Part shown: piece after piece, positions 1 through 12,277 of the stretch
Layout: every line of letters begins with the position of its first letter
Position numbering within the stretch: position 1 is the first letter of the stretch
Assembly (NCBI GenBank): GCA_025201805.1
Contig: MU619338.1
Location: 1-64,000 of the forward strand
DNA: 64,000 nucleotides
Direction of reading: 5' to 3'
Source of the DNA: Parasitella parasitica NRRL 2501
Taxonomy: Eukaryota; Fungi; Mucoromycota
Notes under the pieces: generated by a model
The model's input: only the letters and a program-made list of their open reading frames with translations
What the model was told of the DNA's origin: nothing
Databases searched by the model: none
Position numbers and translations under genes: made by a program

Positions 1-927
1 TTTATCATAAATATCACATATTTGCTCATAACTTGTGATAAAATGACCTTAGAACCGAGATCTAACTTGGAAAACTTAGCATTGACTTGGCGCTATCTGG
101 CAACAACATTGGCATCCATGTTTTTATGGATATCTATAAAGTTAGCAGATGATATCACAAATTTACATATCAGAATTGCATATAATCGATGATAGGCTTC
201 CATAAAAAGCAAAAAAAACACGCTCTTATGCGCCATAAGAACAGGCATGATCATCGCTATCTGAGCATAACTTGCTTTCCACTGGGCAATGTCTCTATCA
301 AAAATTTTCCGCAAAAACATTTTGGTTTTTTCGTTGTCGGAGTTTAAAAACATGAATCACGTGTATGCTTCTAACCCCGCTGAAAAAAAATGATTTTGAG
401 TTCGCTTTGATACCGAAATTGAAGTGTTAAGGTGTTGATCTTTTTTTTAAAAAATGTCATTAAGAATTATTATTCCCGAAGCAATAATTGCCTTTTTTCA
501 GGATCCTTTTTCAGAATCCTTTTTCTGTTTAAAAAACGGTTCAAAATCATTGTGCGCAAGCTGGTACAGTTATTTAGTCTGCTGAGTGATGAGCGATAAT
601 TTGAACGTTCACATCATAAGGATAGGGAGCATTTGATCTTGACTACAAAGATTATAATATTGCTGATGGATTAAATACAAAAGGAATTTGCGTTAGGAAT
701 AAGAAAATGCGTTGTCAGCTAAAAGCTGCTGTCAAATGCAAAACATTATGCTATATACGAAATAATGAGAAAAAGATTTTTTGAAAACGACGACGGCGCT
801 TGTGAGCAAACCATTTTTATGATAGGTTCTTTCGACCTCCTATTGTTCTAATATGTATCAATATACTCTTTTGAATTGTCTAATTTATTGCACATATGAC
901 AATGGAATCTATTTTGATATTTGACGT

Positions 928-2033
928 CTATTTCTCTAATAACTGTAATTGCGTAAATGTCTTTAGGCCTTTCTCATAAGCACCTAAGAAAATGCTTCCA
1001 CCTATTGATATCCACATCACCCTCGGTCCGATGCCTGACAGTAATTTTTTTGCGCCCTCCTCTCTCACGATGCGCTGCATCGTCTCGACAATTTCTGTAT
1101 ATGGTCGACTACTTGCAATCTTATGAAAAGCGTTAGTGGACAATACTAGCTTTTACAATCGTGTAAGATACAGACCTTTGATGAAAGCATAATTCGAGTT
1201 TTACACACATCTAGGGGAGTAGTTATAGCAGCACCAATCCCACCTGCCAAAGACCCCATTACAGCAGCTTCAATTGGCTCGACACAATCCCCTTTGTATT
1301 GGCCATATTTGCTTTTGAAAAACTCATACAACGGAAACTGGATGCATGTAAATGGAATTTCTCGAGCCACGGTCGGCAGGAATCCTCGATATAAACCCAA
1401 AAGCCCTTCTGTTTTTAAAACGCTTGACACTGCACTCATGGTTGTGTTAAATTGGTTAATCTGCATACGTTGTTTGATGACTTCTGTTGGCACACGCACG
1501 GTGCATGCGGACTATTTGTATATAATTTTAGCATTTTCCCTGATCTGACGTGATCGCAACCCGAACATGCCACTCACGATTTCGCCACATGTAGCTGCTG
1601 CCATAAAGACGAAAGGTGATTGCGTTGAACCCTCTGCCGAAGTACCCAGTAACCTTTTTATGGCTTCATACGTAACGAAAAATAAAGCGGCTACGTCAAG
1701 ATGACGACGTCAAAAAGCATAATTTAAGACTTTCATGTTCATAATTATGATTATAATTACCGTTTGGAGCACTACCTACGAATGCAGATAACAAGCCTGA
1801 ATACACACCTCTGAACCCTCCGGAAACAGCAAATCCAGCCTGTGTTTGCAGACGAGTCTTGATGGTATCTGTTAAACAACGATTTAGGGATGTCGTGTGT
1901 GCTTTCAAAATTGTTATATACCCAATGGAAATAATACAGAATCGACGAGCGTTCCGGCCAGCGCACCAGCTACTAGCGCTTGCCTAAGATTTGCTTGATA
2001 TATTGCCTTTGGTTGGGGGTTATCTTTTCTCAT
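928..2033 (-). CDS. PET8: Mitochondrial S-adenosylmethionine carrier (Pet8/Sam5, SLC25A26 family), multi-exon
   Basis: Spliced reading MRKDNPQ...ALVAGALAGTLVDSVLFPL|DTIKTRLQ, RVPTEVIKQRMQ, AREIPFTCIQFPLYE, TTPLDVCKTRIML, GIGPRVMWISIGGSIFLGAYE: three PxD/ExxK/R carrier signatures plus SAM-carrier-specific motifs; ATG at 2033. Confidence 0.92.
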
Positions 2034-2920
2034 CTCCAACAGAAAACTTTGTCAAAACAGAAGAAAAGACGATCCTTTTCCTGATTGTGCTATAAGGTAT
2101 TTAGGCTTAATTCAAGTCACGACATTGGCATTGCTTCACTAAACAACAGTATTCTCTATCGTAATTACAGATGATGCGAGCCTTGTTGCTGCCGCCATAA
2201 ACTTTCAAACACACTTTCAATCCAACGCAAGACCTGTAGCTCCAATGGCAAGATTAGTACTACCCCCAACGTAAGTGTTGAATAAGCACACTATGTAAGG
2301 GATAGTGTGCTTTGACGAAGCTTGTTTGCAAAATGTTTGACAAGGCAACTCCAATGTGATTCATATCATAGATAATGACAGTGGGATTTTTGGTGAGAAT
2401 TATGAGCGTAGAAATTGCGATTCCTCAATCACTGTTGCATGGCAAAAAAGTTTGGTTCGCTGAGAATTGATATATTTTAGCTTGACAGCATGATTCCTAG
2501 TATTGTATTTGATCTGGCCTTTGTAAACTCAAAACGAGAAGCAGAAGCGGTATTGTCAGGCACTGATTTTAGAAATAGAATACGATCGTCATATTTGGAC
2601 CAGTTACTTGAAGGAGATTTTATTGTATGCAGTTCTACTTACAAAGGCTGGTATAGTACAAGTGAAATGCACTTTTCTCCACAGGCGAATTAGAATTCTG
2701 TTACTATCGCTTTGGTTTACTTTCATTGAATTCGTGATGTGGCCCCTACGACTATGCATTCCAGATAATTTACTTTTTTTAAACTGATCTGCCTCTGCAA
2801 GATGACGGTATTGCCAATGCCGTATTGGAAGCCTTAGGCAGTTTTTGAGTGGATTTTGTTGTTGGTAGTGATTGGATTTGTTTATTGGCCAAAGCTTGGA
2901 ATCGTAGAATAAAGAGCGGT

Positions 2921-3710
2921 TTATTGCTGTATTGATTCTTCTACAATATCATCTAGATTTGCCTCCAAATAATCCTGTATATCTTTAAGGCTTCGAATTC
3001 AGTGCCAATTGAAAAGGTGATAACGTTGTATAGCTACCTTCAAGTTCCATGTCATCCTTTATCACTAGCATACCCTTGGTTAGCTCTTTAGAGGGTTGGT
3101 GTGAAGTGGATGATATGATCAACATCGGTATTTTACCCCACCACAGCTGAGGCTGTAATTTGGGTAACCACTCACTCAATTTTGAGGCAGTCAGCTTTTT
3201 GTTTACAGGAGCATCAAACATGATTAGAGATTGATTGATAATGTCATTTTCGGTCCAATCCAGCCTTGATGCTGATGCAGTTTGCTCCTTGTATAGTCTT
3301 TCTGCAAATTCCCTCGTCAAGGATGTGGGTTTATGTGCTGGGTTGTTTTTATCGGATTTTTTGTTTATCATATCCTGGACAATGTCCAAATCAGTGGGGA
3401 TTACAGGAATATTTGCTCGTTGGCATAGGTCAAGAAATGACGCTGCTTTATCCCAATCAGAATCTTGACTATAAAATACGCTGAGAATTGCATTCCTATC
3501 TTTTTTCTTTTGTCCCTTGATGAAGAACTCCAGCGTTATTGTTGAATTACGTTGTTTCAATGTCGATGGAGACGACGGTTGAAGGATATCGTACAGCGAT
3601 TGTAATGACGCAGCGTTGGTTGTTTTCCTCAGTTTATCATGATGAAAAAAGTCGGGATGCGTTTGCAATATAAACTTTCTTAGATACGGCTTTAGTAACC
3701 TGTTTGCCAT
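2921..3710 (-). CDS. DUF4460 (TCAIM-like, J-like N-terminus) protein, 2 exons
   Basis: MANRLLKPYLRKFILQTHPDFF...NAASLQSL matches the DUF4460 HPDFF motif; GT-AG intron after MELE leads to a last exon DIQDYLEANLDDIVEESIQQ* (TAA 2921-2923). Confidence 0.7.
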
Positions 3711-3907
3711 GGTCAAAGTGAAAGAGAGGTTTGCTTGCTGGCAATGTGACGTCCGCAAAGGCACATCACGTATAATTGAATGGCCGTGAAGAATGTGGGT
3801 ATTCTTTGTGCTTTTGTTTTGTCTACACTCCATCATCAACACAGCTATAGCGCACAGCTTGAACAAAAGGACTCTTATCTGTCACTTTTTATAAATAGAA
3901 TTAGAAC

Positions 3908-4917
3908 ATGAAAAATTTACAGCATTTTGTCTTGGTTGCAATCAAAAGAAAAGCCTTGTACAAAGCAGTTGGCGTGTAAAGTAACTTTTGCCATCAACTT
4001 GTAGTCATGATTTTAATGCCTTCTCTCGCTGTAGATATAAAAATGAGCAAGATGCGTATGCAGCAGCCATTGTTTGTCAGATGCAATCGATAGAAAAAAG
4101 CTCAGAAAAATGGCCCAAATCAGTACTACTTGAAAACCAAGAGAATATCAGTGAATTATGTCAATGTATAAAAGAAGATTTGAAATCATTTAAAGAAAGA
4201 GTTGAATACATGACATTACAGAGTAATCAAATATTTGCAGACTTGGACTTTACCCAATATCAGGTGTTACCGGTCGATGCTAACAGTATACCATCAGAAT
4301 CAATCAGCGAATCCATCTTCAGGATAAAAGTACGCAACTTTATAGACGTTTTACGAAAAAGGTCAGATGTTGAAGAAGATCTTGGCAACAGCGATGATGA
4401 TGACGATGACGATGACGATGATGATGAGGAGGAAGATGAAGACGATGGTGAAGGCGATGGCGATGGCGATGGCGATGGCGATGGCGAAGGTGAAGGTGAA
4501 GGCGAAGGCGAAGGCGAAGGCGAAGAGGAGGATGAGGATGAGGATGAGGAAGAAGACATTGAAGGCGAAGAGGAGGATATCGAAGAAGAAGATATTGAGG
4601 ATGACAATGAGGAAAATATCGAAGAGGGCGAGGATGACGAAGAGGAAGAGGCAGAGGCAGAGGCAGAGGCAGAGGCAGAGGCAGAGGAAGAGGAGGACGA
4701 AGAGGACGAAGAGCCGGGCACAAGTCAAACGGCTGCACAAGATCAGAGCGAAGACGAAGAGCTGGAAGACTCAGAACGTCATTTGTTGAAAAGAAATGCA
4801 TCTTCACTGCTGGATGACGGAGATGCAGAGGACGACGAAGAGGATGAAATAGATGATGAGGACGAACTGGCTGACGATGATGATGAATCAGTCAAACGCA
4901 GACGTGTTGCAACATAA
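3908..4917 (+). CDS. Hypothetical protein with long Asp/Glu-rich tail and C-terminal KRRR NLS-like motif
   Basis: ATG 3908 exon MKNLQHFVLVAIKRKALYKAVG, intron ending tgtag at 4035, joins in frame to ORF 3988-4917; about 175-residue acidic tract; ends VKRRRVAT. Confidence 0.7.
4393..4886 (+). repeat. Coding compound microsatellite: (GAT/GAC)n, (GGCGAT)n, (GGYGAA)n, (GAGGAT)n, (GAGGCA)n
   Basis: Directly visible tandem tri- and hexanucleotide arrays encoding poly-D, GD, GE, ED and EA runs. Confidence 0.95.
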
Positions 4918-5155
4918 ATCAAAAAGCCTCCCTTTGTTCATGACAGCCTGCACCTCCCTTTTTTTTCAGTACATACTATGTGGTCATCATCATGCGTCAG
5001 GAAATTTTAACTTTGCATTGGCTGCTCATAATAAATCATCATGCTGCATTTTAGCTTCTCCTGGATTGTTTCAGTCAAATTAGTATAAAATGCATTTGAA
5101 TCGCTTGTCTTTCCTCGTCTCCTCTCTCTTTTTTTTTTTAGCTAATAAATAAAAC

Positions 5156-7427
5156 ATGACATCCGTGGACAATCATGCCTCCATGCCGCACCAAGACAAC
5201 GGCATCATTCCAATGACCGAGAAAACTGAGCAGCAGCCTCAGAGCAGCTTAATTACCCCTCCAATGTCTCCCATCAACACTTCTATCAATAGAGGTTCCT
5301 TAAAAGTCACTGCTGGTCAAACTGGGCTGCCTTGGCTAACAAGAGACGCCGATGCGGAATCGTTTTCTCCTACCAGCATGCAGCATTCGCCTGAAGAAAT
5401 GAGCGTGGCTAGCCCTACCAACGATAGTATCCATTGCGCTCCTCCCAAATTCATGGCTCGTCCTAGAACTGCATCTGTTATTCGTTTTCCAACACGAAAG
5501 AGAACCATGCAAAAGCACATCTACGCAATGAAAGATGGTTTAGATCCAGTCAAGTTGTTATGCAATCGCTTGCAAAGCTGGCAAGTCTCAGTCAAATATC
5601 TGGTATTTGTGTGCATGAAAATGAAAAAGAGGCGTTGCACTAAAACAATCATATATAGCTTAGCATGTTTCATAGCATAAAAAAGGTTGAGTCTAATACT
5701 GGAAAAGGCTACAGAAAGATCGATTCAAAATCGGTGATTCCTGTAAAGATTAAAGATCAATTCAAATCTTCTCATGGCGTCCAAGATGCTTGGTCTGCAT
5801 TCAGACAATACACAAGAGAAAACAGCCTGATTCATCAAGACTTTGTAGATTTCATTGAGAATGAAATTGTGCCTACATTGCATACCATTCTCAACGATAT
5901 CCACAGCATGATGCACAGCTTGAAACAAAACAAAGATTTACGTACAAGCATCTTGTGGGAATGTCGTAAAAAGGCAGATAAAGTCATCACTCAATTGAAC
6001 AGTGATATTTACACTACTGTCAGCAGCCAAGAAAAAACAAAGAATAACTATGTCATCCCCAAGAACAGAGATCCATTATTATCAAAATACGGTATGTATA
6101 TGTCACGTATATAGTATGCAGCAAATTTGCATCAGAATACTTACTGCTGTCTAGTTGTTATTCACGTCATACGAGACCTTTATAAGCAAGAAAATCGTTT
6201 GCACAAAGAATTCTTAGAGACTCAAGATGAATACCGTCGATTTGAGCAAGAGAAAGTGATTAATGCATACACTGAGATGTTCCAAAGATTTGAACAGTAT
6301 CGTGTTCAGCATCATCTTGAGAACCTGGAAGGCGTAATCAAGGTTGCTCGAATTCTTAATGCTATTGAAACGGATTCAGAATGGTTAGATTTTGTGCACC
6401 ATCATGATAGTGATTTGGTCAAGCCCAATGCAGCTTTTAAAGATGAGAAAACGCTTGATTTCCCTAATGCATCACACCCTTTGGTACAGCCCCTTGCCAT
6501 TGGCGTACTGCAGAGACATCATGGCAAAAAGTGGTATGAAGAGTTTTATGTACTGAGTCCAAGTAAGTATTTTGTGCAGACCATCTTGTTGCAGCGCGAC
6601 TTAGTTGCCTTTTAATAGTTGGATTGTTGCATCGTTTTAAGTCTGAACAAGATCTATTGAATGCGCCATTAAAGCCGGAAGCAACAATGTTTGTTCCACA
6701 ATGCACAATACTTATCAACAATACGAATCAACTTTTAGAGTTGAAAGGGAAATATTTGGGAAGCTTATTTGCCAGTAAAAAACTGGTTGAATTATCATCT
6801 TCTGATTATGATTTTATCAAACACTGGATTGATATCATGGGCCCTATGGCTACTCAACAAGAAACTGCTGTTATTAACACACCTCTTCCTCCTCCTCAAA
6901 ATACCGCGGTTGCCGATAATCGATCGATTCATTCAAAAGTTCAAGCTGAAAACGAAAGTTCTAATATAGGCGGTGTCACTCAAAATCTCTCTGATCCTTC
7001 TGCTTCTGCTTCTGCTGCTGCTGCTGCTGATGCTGCTAATGATACGAACATCCAAGGTTACACTGCAGATAACTTTCAGCCTATAGCAAATGTCCCAGCA
7101 TCAGACATCCACACCAACAATAATCATCACCATGACGACGAGGAGAGTGATCATGATTTCGCAAGACAAACTGTTGAATATTCTACCCATTCTCATGCAG
7201 CTGAATCAGATGGGAACCCACTTCAAAACATGTCTACTATTGCGTCTTCTAATCCAGCTACGACTAACACTGGTCCTTCTACGCCTACTGGCACCATGAC
7301 ACCAGTACCACAGCAAGATGTTCATACACCATTGACTTCTGATACTAAAGCAACCGCACCTTTAAGAATGCCTGGAGGAGGCCCTACTCGAGAAGGCAGC
7401 GATATTTTCTGGGATACAGCTACTTAA
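5156..7427 (+). CDS. Slm1-like BAR-PH domain protein, 4 exons
   Basis: LLCNRLQSWQVSVKYL helical BAR-like segment; PH-like VQPLAIGVLQRH..KKWYEEFYVLSP|..LHRFKS..PEATMFVPQCT; low-complexity C-tail; GT-AG introns link ORFs 5156, 5665, 6127 and 6624. Confidence 0.75.
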
Positions 7428-8271
7428 TTACATAATATCTACCCAATCATACTTTATCGTAGTATCATAATCCACTCTTAATTTCTCAACACATAGTATC
7501 GTATATTCCACACGGATATCAAATATCACACAGCATTTTGCATTGATGTGATACACTCTTTAGGTCATTATCAAAATTAAGATCGAGTCTAATTTTCTTT
7601 ACGCAAAATAAACTAACAATCATCAATTTTCGCTTTTCCTAATATGCCATGTCGGTAATGCTATGTGTGTATAAATTCCATTTTTGTTTTGCATTCGCTT
7701 TATTCTTTCTCTCTTCTTACGAGATATTGAATACTTGAATATAACGATGATCATGCTTGAAAATTTTGATGGGCAACAGCTTTCTTACGAGCCTTGTTTT
7801 TTTTTCTCCTTAGCAAAGTATTGTAATTGGATCACTTGCTCGAAAAAGAGGTAATAGTCTTTTTTTTTTTTAGGTGTGTAATTTACATTTCTTAATAATC
7901 GTATATTTCATACCGCATAGCATAACGTAAATAGCCAATCCTCTTCAGATTGACATAAATCATAGCTGATATAGATTTCAAACTTTGAGGCAAGGAAAGC
8001 TCTATTAACCGAGAATACAACAGTACAAACGGCTTTGTTATTTTGTGAATGGCGTAAAAAAAGTGTCATATATAGCAGCAGCATTGTACATTAGTATCAT
8101 GATAGCAATACTAGGCAAAAGAATCATAACCATTGAAGTTAATGAACGTACACACATCAGACATGTGCGGCTCAGTTTTCAAAGCACGTCATGAATACAT
8201 GTTAACAGATGTTTTTTCAACGTTTTTATCTTTCAATATAAACATTATAGCACAACCGCATAGCTCGTATT

Positions 8272-8707
8272 ATGTCTGATCCAACCTTTGAAGCCTTATC
8301 AAATATACCCTCTCATATTTCATCATTTTCCGTACATGCCAAGGATGGAAACATATTACAAGTAAGAGTCTTTTTTTTTTTTGAAAAAAAAAAAAAACCT
8401 AGGAAATTGCTTTGTTTATTCGTATACCAATATATATGAAAAATAGAGTACACCAAAGTTCAAAAAAGAAACAGGGTTGGCTGCATATCAGTTACTATCT
8501 GATTCCTCGCAATTGGGGAAATCCACACCCGAGATCCAGCACGATAAAATAAAGAGAATCACAGGCAAGTACCGCAACAGTTAATCGACTAGAAAATCTC
8601 ACATGTGTGTTGCTATAGTTACATTCCCGAAACACTATCATGCATTTACAGTGTCAAACGATACGATCTATGGCATTGAAAGAACCAACAATTCATCTGT
8701 ACAGTAA
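8272..8707 (+). CDS. LAMTOR4: Ragulator subunit LAMTOR4-like roadblock protein, 98 aa, 3 exons (8272-8361, 8447-8564, 8619-8707); not in ORF track
   Basis: Spliced MSDPTFEALSNIPSHISSFSVHAKDGNILQ|STPKFKKETGLAAYQLLSDSSQLGKSTPEIQHDKIKRIT|VTFPKHYHAFTVSNDTIYGIERTNNSSVQ*; resembles LAMTOR4 (L..IP at N-terminus; KRLSVVF.EH...VTVS...V..VKR) and has the same size; second intron is GC-AG. Confidence 0.8.
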
Positions 8708-8968
8708 TTCACGGATGTCGATCCAGAGCTTTGTGATAATGATGATAATGAAGGGTTCGCACGTGGATTGAATAACCGCATTTCACACAAAATACATCAT
8801 AAATAAATTAAAGAAGGGTTCTATTTATAAGCACTTGTTTCAATTCTTTCTTCTCCAAAATCTTTGCATATTTTCATACCCATCGAAATATCTTGATACC
8901 AGGCAAACGTGTCAAAATTAGAGCAGCTGTCAGATCGATTTTTACGTATAGGCCGACATCCGTTTAAA

Positions 8969-10421
8969 ATGTGCATGGAATCAAACAAAAACGACGAAAA
9001 GCACACAGATTTTGATGATCCCGATGAGCATGACCCTCAAACCTGCTGCTGCTGCCATTCAGATTCGCCCATGTATGCCAAGTTATGGCCTCTCATTTTC
9101 TTCTTATCAGCGCTCACAGATTTTCCAATGCCACTGCCGAAAGGCAAGAAACCAGGGCAACACAGAGATTGGGGATTGGTGCCAGTATTAATTGTCACTG
9201 GCATGGCAGCTTTCATCTATTACGGCTATGTACACAGCATTGTTTGTAAGTTGAGCATGTAGCGGGAAGGGTTATTTTGTTTATTATTATTGTTATTATT
9301 AGTGGTTTTGTTAAAGCAATTAGATCGCCAAGCGCAAGCCATTGCCTACCTCGTCCCTTTTAATATCTTGTGTATATTTTTTTTGATCTCATATGGCAGA
9401 ATTGCATCACAAACACCAGGACACCCTAATGTAAGTCTTTGTTTGTTTTCTGCAAACATAGAATTGACAGTATAGGGCTGATTTTTTTGGCCTAAAAAAG
9501 ACATTGCGTGCTCACAAACCAGCGTCCACAAAAAACCAAACCAGCAACTCTTCGGCCATCAACATCGATCTAGCACAACAGAAGCCTGACTCTATTCTGG
9601 GCGACCCAAGATGGTGCCATGCATGCCAAATTTGGAAACCTGATCGGGCTCATCATTGCAGAGTGTGTGATGCTTGCGTATTACGGATGGATCAGTAAGT
9701 GTTAAACATGGTGGCTTTTCAATGTAATTTTTAATTTGAATTGTTGCTGTTCATGTAGCCATTGCCCTTGGTATATATATATTTATATTAATCTGTTTAT
9801 TGCGGCTTCCTGTTGGCGTTTACTTACTGCCAAATTATATGCATTATTGTAGGGTGAATGGTTGCGTTGGGGCTTTCAATTATCGATACTACATCCAGTT
9901 TCTTTGCTATGTGTCACTGTTTGCTTCATTTACATTTTCTACCTCTTTGGCAGCATTTGTTGAATTCCATGGCTTGGTGAGATGTGCTCTACTAATACAG
10001 GATGGCTCATATTAACGTGTCTAGTATAATAGTCGATATTCGATAACGTAGCATTGGCCATTGTCATCATGTAAGTCCTACTGATTCTCACCGAGACATA
10101 TACTGGCTATTTTTCTTTCTGTAATTCACCGAATTATTCAGTTCTGGGGTCGTTACGCTTTTGATAGGAACGTTCACAATGTCTCACATATGGCTTGTTT
10201 TACTCAATCGAACAACCATTGAAAATTCACAATTTCAAAGCTGGAACAATGCAAAAAAATCTGGCAATGCAGATAATAGACTTATAGACGTATTCACTGA
10301 GAATGGGAGAAATGTATTCAATCAAGGATGTTGGAACAACTGGGTCGAAGTAATGGGACGCAATGTAGTTTTGTGGTTTTGTAGAGTATTATCGCCAAGT
10401 TCATTATGTTCAGTATGCTAA
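8969..10421 (+). CDS. DHHC palmitoyltransferase (Pfa3-like); 3' end probably lost in the assembly gap
   Basis: CHACQIWKPDRAHHCRVCDACVLRMD|HHCPW|VNGCVGAFNYRYYIQFL, TTIE motif, N.FNQG...NW.EVMG C-terminal motif, TM helices. Confidence 0.92.
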
Positions 10422-10427
10422 CTATTG

Positions 10428-10466
<39 letters not shown>

Positions 10467-10783
10467 NNNNNNNNNNNNNNNNNNNNNNNNNNNNNNNNNN
10501 NNNNNNNNNNNNNNNNNNNNNNNNNNNNNNNNNNNNNNNNNNNNNNNNNNNNNNNNNNNNNNNNNNNNNNNNNNNNNNNNNNNNNNNNNNNNNNNNNNNN
10601 NNNNNNNNNNNNNNNNNNNNNNNNNNNNNNNNNNNNNNNNNNNNNNNNNNNNNNNNNNNNNNNNNNNNNNNNNNNNNNNNNNNNNNNNNNNNNNNNNNNN
10701 NNNNNNNNNNNNNNNNNNNNNNNNNNNNNNNNNNNNNNNNNNNNNNNNNNNNNNNNNNNNNNNNNNNNNNNNNNNNNNNNNNN
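10467..10783. other. Assembly gap (N run) flanked by poly-T
   Basis: 317 N bases. Confidence 1.
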
Positions 10784-10818
10784 TTTTTGTCTTTTTTTTT
10801 TTCTCTATTTTCAAATCA

Positions 10819-12138
10819 ATGTCATTTCTTAAAGATAATTCAAAGGGATCATCGCCTTCGATTCCGGCCTGTGACACAATCATTGACTTGACGTACGTAA
10901 CTTAATACCACATGCAAAGCATCACCATGACTAATTGATTTCACAGCGCATTAAAAGGCGATGAATTACCAGCCAAAATACTCAAATTGATTCAAGAGCT
11001 TTTCCCGGAATATGCTGAAAATCTCGACAGAATTGAACTGGAAAGAGTTAGCGGGGCTCTCACCAAGTATGTCAAGTATGCAGTGGTGGAGGGAGTTCAT
11101 GAATAGTAACACTCTATAGTGCTGTTTTCTTTGTAAAAGCTGCCAAGAGACGTCGCTTATTGTTGAGAGTATACGGTAATGGCGTAGATCAGATTATTGA
11201 CCGAGGAAATGAGTTGGCGTGGCTCGCACGTCTCTCAAGCTTGAGCATTGGTCCTAGCTTACTGGGAGTTTTCGGCAATGGACGGTTTGAAGAATACTTG
11301 CCGTCAACCACATTAACGCACCATGATATTCGTGATCCTGAGACCTCAAAAGGAATCGCAGCATGTCTGCGTGAATTGCATGATATTGTAAACGTTTTTC
11401 CATTCTCGGCCGAAAAAAATCATCTGGAAATTTGGGCCAACATTGATAAATGGTATCGTGTTGTGATGGGGCTGTTGCCTGTATTATACAAGAAGAGCGA
11501 TGGCTGGGAGAAGGTGTTGGAAGCCTTCAATTTGGAGCTTTTGCCTTTCGAGATTGAAAAGTGCAAGCAAATAACGGAAGCTGCAAAGTCACCCATAGTG
11601 TTTGCACACAACGATGTAACTTTGATCGCAATATATAGTGTTTTGATTTGTACGCTGATACGATTCTCTCTCTCTCCCCTCCCCCCTCCCCCAAAAAAAC
11701 ATGTAATAGACTCAATACGGCAATATCCTCAAGTTGGAAAATACAAATGAGCTGGTGGTAGTTGATTTCGAGTATGCGGGCTACAATCCTCGTGGGTTTG
11801 ATATTGCCAATCATTTCTGTGAATGGACCTATGATTATCACTCTGACCAACCCGCATCCATGGACCTCAGCAAATACCCCTCGCATGACGAACAAATTTG
11901 CTTCTTGAACGCTTATCTCGACACCAAATCCAAACACGGTAATCTAGACGTTTTAGATAAAGCAGTTACAGTTGAATGCCTACAAAAGGAAGCTGCCATA
12001 TGGTTAATGACAAGCCATCTATCTTGGGGTTTGTGGGGTTTGATTCAAGCCAGTCAAAGTGAGATTGATTTCGACTACTTTCTGTTCTCTACACAACGTT
12101 TGAATGCTTTCCGTCTGGAGTTTGCAAAGTGGAATTAA
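10819..12138 (+). CDS. Choline/ethanolamine kinase, 4 exons
   Basis: MSFLKDNSK...RVSGALTN|AVFFV..LLLRVYG, FGNGRFEEYL, Brenner motif VFAHND|TQYGNIL, VVVDFEYAGYNPRGFDIANHFCEW, HLSWGLWG. Confidence 0.93.
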
Positions 12139-12277
12139 GTTGTTTTATAGCAGTAATAATGATTGTATGATATATCCAAGGCAGTTTACAGATAATGATG
12201 TGTATTCAAAACACTTTATTTATGTATATAAAGCAGTATTTTTAAATCTGATCACATTGTCGTCTACGTTACCGAGC

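Noticed and set aside
1-600. AT-rich, transposon-remnant-like sequence and ORF 93-353
   Set aside because: No terminal repeats, TSD or transposase motif identifiable within the window.
2171-2693. Possible spliced gene on the + strand including ORF 2490-2693
   Set aside because: Splice-like signals exist, but I could not build a consistent open frame or recognise a family.
4260-4807. Overlapping poly-S/SP, LC/FA, MA/KA and PL/RH ORFs
   Set aside because: Alternative-frame shadows of the acidic microsatellite; no independent coding evidence.
7650-8010. Exon-like segments on the - strand
   Set aside because: Frames close quickly after joining; no start or homology support.
10406-10891. ORFs spanning the N run
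   Set aside because: Artefacts of the assembly gap and flanking homopolymers.
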